Part shown: in pieces, positions 54,464 to 64,000 of the stretch
Position numbering within the stretch: position 1 is the first letter of the stretch
How the letters are laid out: every line of letters starts with the position of its first letter
Origin: an uncultured beta proteobacterium
GTDB taxonomy: Bacteria > Pseudomonadota > Gammaproteobacteria > Burkholderiales > Casimicrobiaceae
Direction of reading: 5' to 3'
DNA: 64,000 nucleotides
NCBI GenBank assembly: GCA_963742145.1
Contig: CAVUKS010000002.1
Location: 582,969 to 646,968 of the forward strand
Translations under genes and position numbers: made by a program
Notes under the pieces: generated by a model
Database searches by the model: none
Told to the model about the DNA's origin: nothing
Seen by the model: the letters and a program-made list of their open reading frames with translations, nothing else

Positions 54464-55090
54464 TCAGTCCGCGTGGCCGTCGGTCGGCGCGGCGCCGAGA
54501 AGCCGTCCCAGCTTGGGCCAGTCGAACGCGGCCCCTGGATCGGTCTTGCGGCCGGGCGCGACGTCGCTGTGGCCGACCATGTCCCGGATGGGGTAACGCC
54601 GCCGAAGGGCGCGGGCGAGACGCGCCAGCGTCACGTACTGCGCGGATTCATAGGGCAGGTCGTCGGTCCCTTCCAATTCGATGCCCACGGAGTAGTCATT
54701 GCAGGCGGGGCGTCCGCGCCACGACGAAACGCCCGCGTGCCATGCGCGGCGCCCGCAGGCCACGAATTGAACCAGCTCGCCGTCGCGCCGGATGAAGAAG
54801 TGCGACGAGACCCTGAGGTGGGCTATTCCCGGGTAGTAGGGATCGGCGGCGGCGTCGAGCGTGTTGGTGAAGAGCCTGGCGACGCCGTCGCCGCCGAACC
54901 GGCCAGGCGGCAGCGAAATGCCGTGGACAACGATCAGCGAAATCGGCGAGCCCGCGGGCCGATCGTCCTGGTTGGGCGAGGCGACCTGCGCGGCCGCGCG
55001 AGCAATGCCTTGCGTGTCGATCACGAGCCGCTGTGCCTTGTCTTCGCCCTTTGCTTTGCGAACCGAAGAGACTGCGCGCCGACTTATCAT
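54464..55090 (-). CDS. ampD: 1,6-anhydro-N-acetylmuramyl-L-alanine amidase
   Basis: SPNQDDRP, VVHGISLPPG, VSSHFFIRRDG, AWHAGVS, GIELEG and GHSDVAPGRKTDPG; start inferred from an ATGA overlap. Confidence 0.95.
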   Translation of the reverse strand: MISRRAVSSVRKAKGEDKAQRLVIDTQGIARAAAQVASPNQDDRPAGSPISLIVVHGISLPPGRFGGDGVARLFTNTLDAAADPYYPGIAHLRVSSHFFIRRDGELVQFVACGRRAWHAGVSSWRGRPACNDYSVGIELEGTDDLPYESAQYVTLARLARALRRRYPIRDMVGHSDVAPGRKTDPGAAFDWPKLGRLLGAAPTDGHAD

Positions 55091-55479
55091 CTTGGACATC
55101 CCGTCGGCGGGGCGAACGAGCTTCCAATGTTGTTCCACGTCGACGCCATGGACAGGCAAGGCGTCGTGTCCATCCCGCGTATTCCCACGGCTCCCGCGGC
55201 TGCCGGGGCGTTGAGCGCATTCGCGAAGCGTTGTTCGAGCGGCATCTTCGCCGGCTCGGATCCATGTCCGAACACGGTGATCGACTCCATATAGATAGGT
55301 TGCTGTCGCAGCTGCAGGTCCTCTGCAGCCTTCAGGTCGAACAGGATGCTGCGGGTCGATTGGCTCGCCGAGGCATTCGGCCCGGCAGGCGTCGCGCGGA
55401 GCGGCGAGACTTGTGCCCCCGCGGCCGTCGCTATCAATGCGAGCAGAAGAGGCGTGCGTTTGCGCCAATCGTAATTCAT
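55087..55479 (-). CDS. small secreted hypothetical protein
   Basis: Signal peptide ending AAGA; ATGA overlaps with both neighbours; two Cys near the C-terminus. Confidence 0.65.
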   Translation of the reverse strand: MNYDWRKRTPLLLALIATAAGAQVSPLRATPAGPNASASQSTRSILFDLKAAEDLQLRQQPIYMESITVFGHGSEPAKMPLEQRFANALNAPAAAGAVGIRGMDTTPCLSMASTWNNIGSSFAPPTGCPR

Positions 55480-56480
55480 CTTCGCCCGGTGCGTGCGCGC
55501 TGCTCGGACGGCGTCCTCTTGAATCGCTGGCGATACCAGCGCGAGAAGCCGCTCGGCGCCGAAAAACCAAGAAGCAGCGACACCTCGGCGAGTGGACGAT
55601 GCGGATCCTTGACGTATCGCTCCGCGAGTTCCAGCCGCACGGCTTCGACCAGTTCGGAAAAGGTGGCGCCCTCATTCGCCAGTCGGCGGTGGACCGTTCG
55701 CCGGTCGATGCCCAGGTGCTGGGCAACACGATCGATCGTGCACGTCCCAGTGCCGAGCAACATCACGACCAGCTCGCGCACGCGCGTCGACATGTTCGCG
55801 GTCTTGCTCGCGGGGTTGGCCTCCAGCATTTGCCGTGCAAGGCGCGCAACCACCGGATCGGCGTCCGGATTGACCACATCGAGATCGCCACGCGCACAGA
55901 CGATTCCGTTGAAGTCGTGGCCGAACTCGACGTTGCGCCCGAATACCCGCTCGTGGATGGAGCGGTCGGTGGGTGCGTCGTGGGCGAAGCAGACGCGTCG
56001 CGGTCGCCACTCGGCACCCAGGAACGTGCGCAGCATCCGGAAGGCCACGCCGATCGCGAGCTCGGTCGACTGCCGCACGGATCCGGAACCGCCGACGATC
56101 AATTCCTCGCGCAGCACGACGACTTCGTGGCTCTCCTCGATCGTCAGGAAAAGCGCCTCGTTGAGGCGGTTGCTGTAGCGCACCAGTGCCTCGAGCGCGA
56201 GCCGCATGGTCGGCTGTTCGCGGATCAGAAGTCCCAGCGGCCCGAGGTTCGACAACCGGCGCGCCTCGGCCATCAGCAAGCCGAACCCCTCGACGCCGCT
56301 TCGTTCGGCCGACGCCTCGAGAAGCCGCCGCACCGCGTCGATCGGTACCTTGAGCTCCGGCTCTTTCAGGCAGCGCGAAGGCACGCCGAATTCGCTCAGC
56401 ATTCGAGACGGATCGAGGCCGGCATGCCGCGCGACTTCGGCGTAATGGGTGAGGCTGGCGCCGCGAATGAGTCCGTTCAT
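55476..56480 (-). CDS. AraC-family regulator (OruR/VirS-like N-terminal domain)
   Basis: LIRGASLTHY, LGPLGLL, HTH RTVHRRL and LLGFSAPSGFSRWY. Confidence 0.92.
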   Translation of the reverse strand: MNGLIRGASLTHYAEVARHAGLDPSRMLSEFGVPSRCLKEPELKVPIDAVRRLLEASAERSGVEGFGLLMAEARRLSNLGPLGLLIREQPTMRLALEALVRYSNRLNEALFLTIEESHEVVVLREELIVGGSGSVRQSTELAIGVAFRMLRTFLGAEWRPRRVCFAHDAPTDRSIHERVFGRNVEFGHDFNGIVCARGDLDVVNPDADPVVARLARQMLEANPASKTANMSTRVRELVVMLLGTGTCTIDRVAQHLGIDRRTVHRRLANEGATFSELVEAVRLELAERYVKDPHRPLAEVSLLLGFSAPSGFSRWYRQRFKRTPSEQRARTGRR

Positions 56481-56635
56481 CGACAGTCCAAAGCTGTCCC
56501 GGATAGATAAGTCTATGTCACGCGAGGTTAATCCAAAAAAGGGGCCAGCGCTCAGAATCCACGGCATCGAAGGCCGAAGAGCGCCTCGACAACCGCGGCG
56601 TCGCCACCGACCCCGCACCGAGGAGAGAAATACCC

Positions 56636-57973
56636 ATGGCTTTTACGGCGCGCCACGTTGCCTTCGACCCGGCCGACCATCGTCCGGTGCCGCGCCGCTA
56701 CGCGTGGTCGGTGTTCGCGGTCATGTTCCTGCTGATGGTGGTCGACTATATCGACCGCCAGGTCGTGGTGTCGATGTTTCCCCACCTCAAGGGTCAGTGG
56801 AACCTTTCGGACAGCCAATTGGGCGGTCTTGTCTCGATCGTCTCGATCACCGTCGCGCTCGGCGCGGTTCCGCTGTCGCTGCTTGCCGACCGGTGGAGCC
56901 GCGTCAAGAGCGTATTCCTGATGGCGATGGTGTGGAGCCTCGCCACGATCTCGTGCGCGTTCGCGGCGAGCTATGGCCACCTGATGGCCGCGCGAGCGAT
57001 GGTAGGCGTGGGCGAGGCGGCGTACGGCACGGTTGGCGTCGCGTTGCTGGCAACCCTGTTTCCGGCGCGGATGCGCAGCACCGTGATCGGTGCCTTCCTT
57101 GCGGCCGGAATGATCGGATCGGTGCTGGGCGTCGTGCTCGGCGGATACATCTCCCAGCGTTGGGGCTGGCAGGCGGGATTCGGCGCGGTCGGCATTCCCG
57201 GGCTCGTCCTGTGCGTCGTGTTCCTGCTGGTCGTGCGCGATTACAAGACGGTTGCGTTGCCCTCCAGCCGTACCGCGGCGAATGACCAGCGGCTTAACCG
57301 CACGCGTCGTGGTCACCGAACTGTTGCGGCCGCGCACGGCGCTGGTCACGTGCATTGGCGCCGGTCTCAACCTGCTGGTGGTCTCGACGATCTGGGCATG
57401 GCTGCCGAGCTATCTCAACCGCTACTACGGTCTCGCGACGGATCAGGCGGGACTCAGGACGGGCATCGTGGTGCTGGTCGGGGCCGTGGGCGCGCTCATC
57501 TGGAGCAGGCTCGCCGACGCGCTGAGCGCCCGGATTCCGAACGCCCGTCTGATCGTGCCGGCGGTCGCCGCGGTGTTGACCACGGTGTTCATGTGCGCCG
57601 CTTTCGTCGGCCTGCCTCCGGGCAACGCACAGTTCCTGCTGATCGTCGCCGGCGGATTTGTCATGGCCGGCAGCATCGGCCCGACCGACGCCGTCGTCGT
57701 CGACGTCATCCACCCGGCGCTGCGGGCTACGGCTGCCTCGGTGCTGTCTCTGATGCGGAACCTGTTCGGGCTCGCGGGCGGTCCGCTGCTCGCCGGCATG
57801 CTTTCCGATGCGTACGGATTGCAGTTCGCGATGGAGGTCGTGCCGCTGATCTGCCTGGCCGCGGCCGCCGTATTCCTGCTGGCGGCGCGGACTTACCAAG
57901 CCGACCGCAGGCGCGTCGGCGACGTCGAGCCCGAGCTCGACGTCGAACCAACAGAACCTTTCGACCCGCTTGA
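56636..57973 (+). CDS. MFS transporter (frameshift ~57295; end uncertain)
   Basis: DYIDRQV, LLADRWSR, RAMVGVGEAAY, WGWQAGF and HPALRATA. Confidence 0.88.
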   Translation: MAFTARHVAFDPADHRPVPRRYAWSVFAVMFLLMVVDYIDRQVVVSMFPHLKGQWNLSDSQLGGLVSIVSITVALGAVPLSLLADRWSRVKSVFLMAMVWSLATISCAFAASYGHLMAARAMVGVGEAAYGTVGVALLATLFPARMRSTVIGAFLAAGMIGSVLGVVLGGYISQRWGWQAGFGAVGIPGLVLCVVFLLVVRDYKTVALPSSRTAANDQRLNRTRRGHRTVAAAHGAGHVHWRRSQPAGGLDDLGMAAELSQPLLRSRDGSGGTQDGHRGAGRGRGRAHLEQARRRAERPDSERPSDRAGGRRGVDHGVHVRRFRRPASGQRTVPADRRRRICHGRQHRPDRRRRRRRHPPGAAGYGCLGAVSDAEPVRARGRSAARRHAFRCVRIAVRDGGRAADLPGRGRRIPAGGADLPSRPQARRRRRARARRRTNRTFRPA

Positions 57974-57998
57974 CGCCGGAACCGGAGTCATCGCTGCC

Positions 57999-58388
57999 AT
58001 GAAGATCATCGAACCCATCAATGCGGCACGCGCGGCCCGCCCGCGCAAGAAGGCGAGCGGCAACTGGAACCCGGACTGGGAGCCATTTGCCAAGCTCGAT
58101 CCCGCCTGGACGGAGAAGGCGATTGCGCTGGCGCTCGCACCGGCGGTCGCGGGCGTGCTCGACGCAAAGACGATCGAATTGATCGGCATCGCGCTCGACG
58201 CTTCGTGCACGCACATGTACGCGCCGGGCGTGCGCCGGCACATCGAACGCGCGCTGAAGGCGGGGGCGACGAAAGCGGAGATCACCGCCGTATTGCAGCT
58301 CGCGAGTCTGCAGGGGATTCACAGCATGTGCCTCGCAGCGCCGATCCTGCTCGACGAACTCGAATTGCACGCGCAACGCCAGGCCTGA
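57999..58388 (+). CDS. carboxymuconolactone decarboxylase (CMD/AhpD-like) family protein
   Basis: LDAKTIELIGIALDASCTHMY..HIERALKAGATKAEI; GGAG upstream. Confidence 0.82.
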   Translation: MKIIEPINAARAARPRKKASGNWNPDWEPFAKLDPAWTEKAIALALAPAVAGVLDAKTIELIGIALDASCTHMYAPGVRRHIERALKAGATKAEITAVLQLASLQGIHSMCLAAPILLDELELHAQRQA

Positions 58389-58423
58389 CGTCCATTCACT
58401 TCGAAATTCAAAGGGTAATTGCC

Positions 58424-59482
58424 ATGAACTTCCTCGACGGATCGCTGTTCCCCGAAAACCAGGAAAAGCTCGTCATCACCGCCGCACCGTACGGCCCCGA
58501 GTGGGTGCCTTCGGACTTTCCTGAGGACATTCCCGTCACGATGGAAGCGCAGGTCCAGAAGGCAGTGGATTGCTACAACGCGGGCGCCACCGTGCTGCAC
58601 CTGCACGTGCGCGAACTCGACGGCAAGGGCTCCAAGCGCCTCTCCAAGTTCAACGAGCTGATCGCCGGCGTGCGCAAGGCCGTTCCCGACATGGTCATCC
58701 AGGTCGGCGGCTCGATCTCGTTCGCGCCCGAGACCGACGGCGCCAAGGCCAAGTGGCTGTCCGACGACACGCGCCACATGCTGGCCGAACTCGATCCGAA
58801 GCCGGATCAGGTCACGGTCACCGTCAACACGACGCAGATGAACGTCGTCGAGCAGATGGAAATCGACGACCTCGCCGGCACGTCGCTGGCCGAGCCGCAG
58901 AACTACCAGGCCTACCGCGAGATGATCGTTCCCTCCAGCCCAAGCTGGGTCGAGGAGCACGTCCGCCGCCTGAGCGCTGCCGGCATCCAGAGCGCCTTCC
59001 AGTTCTACAACATCAACAGCTACGAGACCGTGGAGCGGTTGATCCGGCGCGGCGTCTACAAGGGCCCGCTGGTGATGAACTGGGTGGCGATCGGCGGCGG
59101 CATGGACCAGCCCACGATCTACAGCCTGTCCAACTTCCTGCGCGCCATCCCCGACGGATCGATGCTGACGGTCGAGAGCAGCATGCGCAACGTGCTGCCG
59201 ATCAACATGATGGGCATCGCGATGGGCCTGCACGTGCGCTGCGGCATCGAGGACAACCTCTGGAATCAGTCGCGTACCGGGAAGATGACCACCGTGCAGC
59301 AGATCGAGCAGCTGGTGCGCATCTCCCGCGAGTTCGGCCGCGACGTGGCCAGCGGCAAGGAAGCACGCGAGATCTGCAAGATCGGCGTGTTCTACGACAC
59401 GGTGGAAGAGACGCTGGCCGCAAACGGCTTTGCTCCGAACGCCAAGGGCCGGCAGCAGGGCTTCCTGCGCAAGGTCGCGTGA
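58424..59482 (+). CDS. beta-keto acid cleavage enzyme (BKACE/DUF849)
   Basis: VITAAPYGPEW, AGATVLHLHVR (HxH) and HVRCGIEDNL. Confidence 0.9.
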   Translation: MNFLDGSLFPENQEKLVITAAPYGPEWVPSDFPEDIPVTMEAQVQKAVDCYNAGATVLHLHVRELDGKGSKRLSKFNELIAGVRKAVPDMVIQVGGSISFAPETDGAKAKWLSDDTRHMLAELDPKPDQVTVTVNTTQMNVVEQMEIDDLAGTSLAEPQNYQAYREMIVPSSPSWVEEHVRRLSAAGIQSAFQFYNINSYETVERLIRRGVYKGPLVMNWVAIGGGMDQPTIYSLSNFLRAIPDGSMLTVESSMRNVLPINMMGIAMGLHVRCGIEDNLWNQSRTGKMTTVQQIEQLVRISREFGRDVASGKEAREICKIGVFYDTVEETLAANGFAPNAKGRQQGFLRKVA

Positions 59483-59490
59483 GGATGAAC

Positions 59491-60471
59491 ATGGCACACG
59501 CAATCCGATTTCACGAAGCCGGCGGACCCGAGGTCCTGCGCTGGGAGGAGGTCGCCGTCGGCAACCCCGGCCCCGGCCAGGCACGGCTTCGCCACGTGGC
59601 GGTCGGCCTCAACTTCGCGGACACGTACTTCCGCGCGGGCTCTATCCAGTACCGCTGCCGAACGGCATCGGCGTCGAAGCCGCCGGCATCGTCGAAGCGG
59701 TCGGCGACGGCGTGACCAATGTCGCACCGGGCGATCGCGTGACCTACACCGGCTTCGTCAACACGCTCGGCGCGTACAGCACGGAGCGGATCATTCCCGC
59801 GGCACCGCTGATCAAGCTGCCGCCTGCGATCTCCTGCGAGACCGCCGCCGCGATGACGATGCGCGGACTGACTTCGTCCTACCTGCTGCGCCGCATCTGG
59901 CCGCTGCGCACCGGCGACACGATCCTCCTGCATGCTGCCGCGGGCGGCGTGGGCCTCATCGTCTCGCAGTGGGCGAAATTCCTCGGGCTCAACGTGATCG
60001 GCACGGTATCGACGGAAGCCAAGGCCGCGGTCGCGCGCGCGCACGGCTGCGACCACGTGATCCTGTACGGACGCGAGGACGTGGCGAAGCGCGTGCGCGA
60101 GATCACCGATGGTGTCGGCGTCTCGGTCGTCTACGACAGCGTGGGCAAGGACACCTTCGCGGGTTCCATCGACTCGCTCAAGCGCCGCGGCCTGCTCGTC
60201 TGCGTCGGCACCGCATCGGGTCCCGGTTCCGCCGATCGACGCGACACAGCTCGCGGTGAAGGGCTCCGTCTTCGTGACGCGCCCGGCGCTCGCCGACTAC
60301 ATCGCCGATCCTGTCGAGAAGAACGCGCTCGCGAAGGAGCTCTTCGGCCACGTCGCCGCCGGCCGGATCAGGATCGAGATCAACCAGCGCTACGAACTGC
60401 AGGACGCGGCGCAGGCGCACCGCGACCTCGAATCGCGCAAGACGACGGGTTCGTCGATCTTCGCGATCTGA
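59491..60471 (+). CDS. NADPH:quinone oxidoreductase-family protein (frameshifted)
   Basis: GGPEVL, GLNFADTYFR, MRGLT, HAAAGGVG and KGSVFVTRP. Confidence 0.9.
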
Positions 60472-60489
60472 CGCATGAGAGGACCGGAC

Positions 60490-61398
60490 ATGACGACCGA
60501 CACGACAACCGCACCGGCTGCGGCACACATCGCGACGCGCGGCTCCATCAAGGTCGAGCAGCTTGACCTGCGCCATCGGCGCCGAGTTGTCCAACGTCAG
60601 CCTTGGCGCGGCGTCACGCGACGCCGGGCTCGTCGCGGAGATCCGCGCGCTGCTGCTCAAGCACCGCGTACTGTTCTTCCGCGACCAGGACATCACGCGC
60701 GCGGAACACGTCGCCTTCGCGCGGTATTTCGGCGAGCTCGAGGACCATCCGGTCGCTGGGCAGCGATCCTGATCACCCGGGCCTCGTTCGCATCTACAAG
60801 TCTGCCGATACGCCGGTCGACCGTTACGAAAACGCGTGGCACACGCGACGCGACGTGGCGCGAGAAGCCGCCCTTCGGCTGCGTTCTGCGCTGCGTCGAG
60901 TGTCCGCCGGTCGGCGGCGACACGATGTGGGCGAACATGGCGCTCGCCTACGAGAAGCTGCCCGCCGACGTCAAGACGAAGATCGCGCACTTGCGCGCTC
61001 GACACAGCATCGAGGCCTCCTTCGGCGCCGCGATGCCGATCGAGAAGCGCCTCGCGCTCAAGGCGCAGTTTCCCGACGCGGAGCACCCGGTCGTTCGCAC
61101 GCATCCGGAGACGGGCGAGAAGGTCCTGTTCGTCAACGGGTTCACGACGCACTTCACGAACTATCACACGGCGACGAACGTGCGCTACGGCCAGGATTAC
61201 AGCCCGGGAGCGTCGCTGCTACTCAATTACCTCATCAGCCAGGCGTTCATCCCGGAGTACCAGGTGCGCTTCCGGTGGCGGCCGAACAGCGTGGCGATGT
61301 GGGACAACCGCAGCACGCAGCACTACGCGGTGATGGATTACCCGCCATGCGATCGCAAGATGGAGCGCGCCGGCATCATCGGCGACCTTCCATTCTGA
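60490..61398 (+). CDS. TauD/TfdA-family Fe(II)/2-oxoglutarate dioxygenase (frameshifted)
   Basis: IGAEL, VLFFRDQ, WH(T)DATW, GGDTMW, HPVVRTHPETG and WDNRSTQHYA. Confidence 0.92.
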   Translation: MTTDTTTAPAAAHIATRGSIKVEQLDLRHRRRVVQRQPWRGVTRRRARRGDPRAAAQAPRTVLPRPGHHARGTRRLRAVFRRARGPSGRWAAILITRASFASTSLPIRRSTVTKTRGTRDATWREKPPFGCVLRCVECPPVGGDTMWANMALAYEKLPADVKTKIAHLRARHSIEASFGAAMPIEKRLALKAQFPDAEHPVVRTHPETGEKVLFVNGFTTHFTNYHTATNVRYGQDYSPGASLLLNYLISQAFIPEYQVRFRWRPNSVAMWDNRSTQHYAVMDYPPCDRKMERAGIIGDLPF

Positions 61399-61590
61399 TC
61401 GGCGAAGCGCATCGGGACTGAAGGCCCGGCGTTTTCGGAACGGCAGATAGAGCGGCCCGCGCGCTAGCACCGGGCAGCGGAGAAGGTTGCGTCTCGTTAA
61501 AGCACGGGAGCGCATTGGGTTACGGCAAGACCAGGTGAAGTGGCGGTTGTGAACAACGAATCGAATTTCAATTTCTATGGGAAGCTAGAC

Positions 61591-63482
61591 ATGCAGCGTC
61601 ACATAAATGCGGCCATCGGCTGCACGACATTCCGGCGGCGGGCGGTGGCGCTCGCAGTCGCCTCCACACTGACGGCGGCGATGGGCAGCGCAAACGCATT
61701 CGAGATCGACACCGGCAATCCGGACCTCACGGTGCGGTGGGACAACACCATTCGCTACAACCTGGGCGCGCGCGTGCAGGATCAGAACAGCCAGATCATC
61801 GGCAACCCAAACTTCGACGACGGCGACCGCAATTTCAGCAACGGATCCATCGTCACCAACCGCGTCGACGCACTGTCGGAATTCGACGTCGTCTGGAAGA
61901 GGAAACTGGGCTTCCGCGTGAGCGGCGCCGGATGGTGGGACAGCGCTTACAACAGTCTCGACAACGCGAACACGGCAACGGCCAACACGCTCGTCGACGG
62001 ACTGCCGGTGGCCGGCGTGTTGTCTCCCTATACGAAGCGCTACGCGAAGGGCGCGTCGGGCGAATGGCTGGACGCATTCGGATTCGCGAACTTCGACATC
62101 GTCGACGTACCCTTCAACGTCAAGGCGGGCCAGCACACCGTGTTCTGGGGCGACAGCCTGCTGCTGGGCGGCGCCATCCATGGCGTGTCCTACTCGCAGA
62201 ACTCGCTCGACGTCTGGAAGGGCTTCGCCACGCCCGGCGCCGAGGCCAAGGAACTGTTCCGGCCGCGTGGCGGCCTCACGCTGCAGGCGCAGCCGCTGCA
62301 AGGAACTGTCGGTCGCCGGGCCAATGGTTCTACAACTGGCAGGCGATCCGCGTGCCGGAATCCGGCAGCTACCTGACGGTGAACGACGGATTGCAGTTCG
62401 GCGGCGATTCGACGCTGTTCAGTCCCAACCCGTATGCCGCGCTGGTTCCGGGCGCGCCCGCCTACCTTCGCCTCTGGAACGAGAACACGACGCCGGCGTC
62501 GCGCTACTCATCGAGCCTGGGCGACTGGGGCGTTTCCGCGCGGTGGAGCCCGCTATGGCTCGATGGAACGCTGGGCTTCTACTATCGCAATACGACCGAC
62601 ATCGCGCCGCAGGTCGTGGCGACGCTGGGCGCCGTGACCGGCGTGCCCGCAGCGACCTGCACGGCAATCGGCGGCACAGCCGTGCCGGGTGCCTGCGTGG
62701 TGAACAAGAATGCCACGACGCCGGACGATCTGACGAAACGGGGCAAGCTCGGAACCTACAGCCTGGCCTACGGCGACGACATCCACATTGCCGGCGTCAC
62801 GCTGGCGAAGGATTTCGGCGGCGTCTCGGTCGGCGCCGAATTGTCCTATCGCGAAAACATGCCGCTCAACAGCGACCCGGTGATCGTGCTTCCGGCGCCG
62901 CTGGTGGCGAGCACTCCCGGCGCCATCGCGACGACGGCGGTTCCGACCCACGGCACGCCGGGCGCGCTCGGCAATACGATGCACGGCGTCGTCAATGCGA
63001 TCAACATCTTCCCCAAGACCGCGCTGTTCGACATGGCGACGGTGCAGGGCGAACTGACGTGGATGCAGTGGCTGAAGGTGACGCAGAACGAAGCGGTGTT
63101 CCGCGGCCGCGACAACTACACCGCGATCGACAAGGTGACCAGGAACTTCTTCGGGCTCGCGCTGAACTTCACGCCGACCTGGTTCCAGGTGTTCCCGGGT
63201 GTCGACATGCTGGCGCCGATCAGCTGGAGCGGAGGCCTGTCCGGCAACGCGGCCGTGCTCTTCGGCGGCAATGAAGGCGGCGGCAACTACAGCGCGGGTA
63301 TCGCGGCAGACATCTACCAGAAGTACCGGATCGATCTCAAGTACACCGGCTACTACGGCGATTATTCGACGGATCCGACGCGGCTGACGCCGGCGGGTGG
63401 CGTCATGGGCGTTCCCAACGGCGTCAACGCGGCGTTGTCCGACCGCGGCTGGGTTTCGCTCACGTTCAAGACCACATTCTAG
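61591..63482 (+). CDS. DUF1302 outer-membrane protein (frameshift ~62300)
   Basis: Signal peptide; VRWDNTIRY, DDGDRNF, GAELSYRENMPL and DRGWVSLTFKTTF. Confidence 0.9.
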
Positions 63483-63495
63483 GAGGAACGCAATC

Positions 63496-64000
63496 ATGCA
63501 TCGAAAGACAATACTGGCATTCGCCATCGCGTCGCTGGTCGCCGGATCAGCGCTCGCGGCGGTCTCGGCCGACGAGGCCAAGCAGTTGGGAACGACGCTG
63601 ACGCCGGTGGGCGCCGAGAAGGCGGGCAACAAGGACGGCACGATTCCCGAATACACGGGCGGCATCAAGGCACCGGCCGGCTTCCAGGCCGGGACCACCG
63701 TGAGGCCGGACCCGTTCGCCAGCGAGAAGCCGCGTCTGACGATCACCGGCAAGGACGCCGCGACGCAGGCCGACAAGCTCACCGAAGGCACGAAGGAACT
63801 GCTCAAGCGCTACCCGACGATGCGCGTCGACGTCTATCCGACGCATCGCACCGTCGCGGTTCCGCAGCGGATCCTCGACAACGCGCTCAAGAACGCGACC
63901 GGCGCAAAGACCGTCGATGACGGCGTTGCGCTGGAGAACGTCCTGCCCGGCTATCCGTTCCCGATGCCCAAGACCGGATCCGAGGCGATCTGGAATCACC
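63496..64000 (+). CDS. DUF1329 periplasmic protein (3'-truncated by the window edge)
   Basis: AGGAGG RBS; AVSADEAKQLGTTLTPVGAEKAGNKDGTIP, VYPTHR and PFPMPKTG.EAIWNH. Confidence 0.9.
   Translation, partial: MHRKTILAFAIASLVAGSALAAVSADEAKQLGTTLTPVGAEKAGNKDGTIPEYTGGIKAPAGFQAGTTVRPDPFASEKPRLTITGKDAATQADKLTEGTKELLKRYPTMRVDVYPTHRTVAVPQRILDNALKNATGAKTVDDGVALENVLPGYPFPMPKTGSEAIWNH

Noticed and set aside
57252-58388. MFS-CMD fusion protein
   Set aside because: CMD has its own GGAG and ATG at 57999, and a TGA at 57971 lies in an adjacent frame; probably an indel, but this cannot be excluded without reads
766-63999. Numerous long antisense or overlapping ORFs (e.g. 39781..40779, 44484..46400, 58319..59584)
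   Set aside because: Arg/Ala/Pro-rich shadow ORFs expected in high-GC DNA opposite well-supported genes
1-64000. Mass pseudogenisation or programmed frameshifting
   Set aside because: Indels hit essential or housekeeping genes (purL, moaE, selD) at scattered non-slippery sites while motifs remain intact; best explained as long-read error
1-64000. CRISPR arrays, tRNA/rRNA, IS transposases, prophage genes
   Set aside because: No regularly spaced repeats, cloverleaf or rRNA signatures, or transposase/integrase/phage motifs were recognised

Overview
High-GC chromosomal window, most consistent with a Betaproteobacterium. The many Bug/TctC proteins, the ispZ-bolA-ppiC and mobB-moaDE blocks, and a His-motif secreted domain suggest a Burkholderiales/Casimicrobiaceae-like organism (inference). 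Many genes, including essential purL, are broken by 1-bp indels, which points to uncorrected long-read error rather than real pseudogenes. Gene boundaries were therefore reconstructed across frames and are approximate where stated. Content in order: hmgA 3' end; S1 protease; TonB-dependent receptor with a LytS kinase, a degenerate second kinase and a LytTR regulator; two enoyl-CoA hydratases; lipoproteins; two M20 hydrolases and an MFS; arsR-arsI-arsC-acr3; selD with a large unknown protein; a GltD-like + korAB cluster; SRAP and nitrobindin; Moco genes; dgoK/dgoA/kdgK/SDR/cupin/crcB; qor; nnr; gltIJKL-like ABC transporter; two Bug proteins; purL; paaY; ggt-tctAB; ppiC-bolA-ispZ; ampD; and an AraC-linked MFS-CMD-BKACE-QOR-TauD-DUF1302-DUF1329 cluster. 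No rRNA, tRNA, CRISPR array or transposase was seen. Main candidates for novelty: (1) small structured junction elements that form ATGA-coupled mini-ORFs between operon genes; (2) a kinase/pseudokinase/LytTR/TBDR signalling module; (3) a selD-linked protein with permuted papain-like motifs; (4) the uncharacterised BKACE/TauD catabolic cluster.
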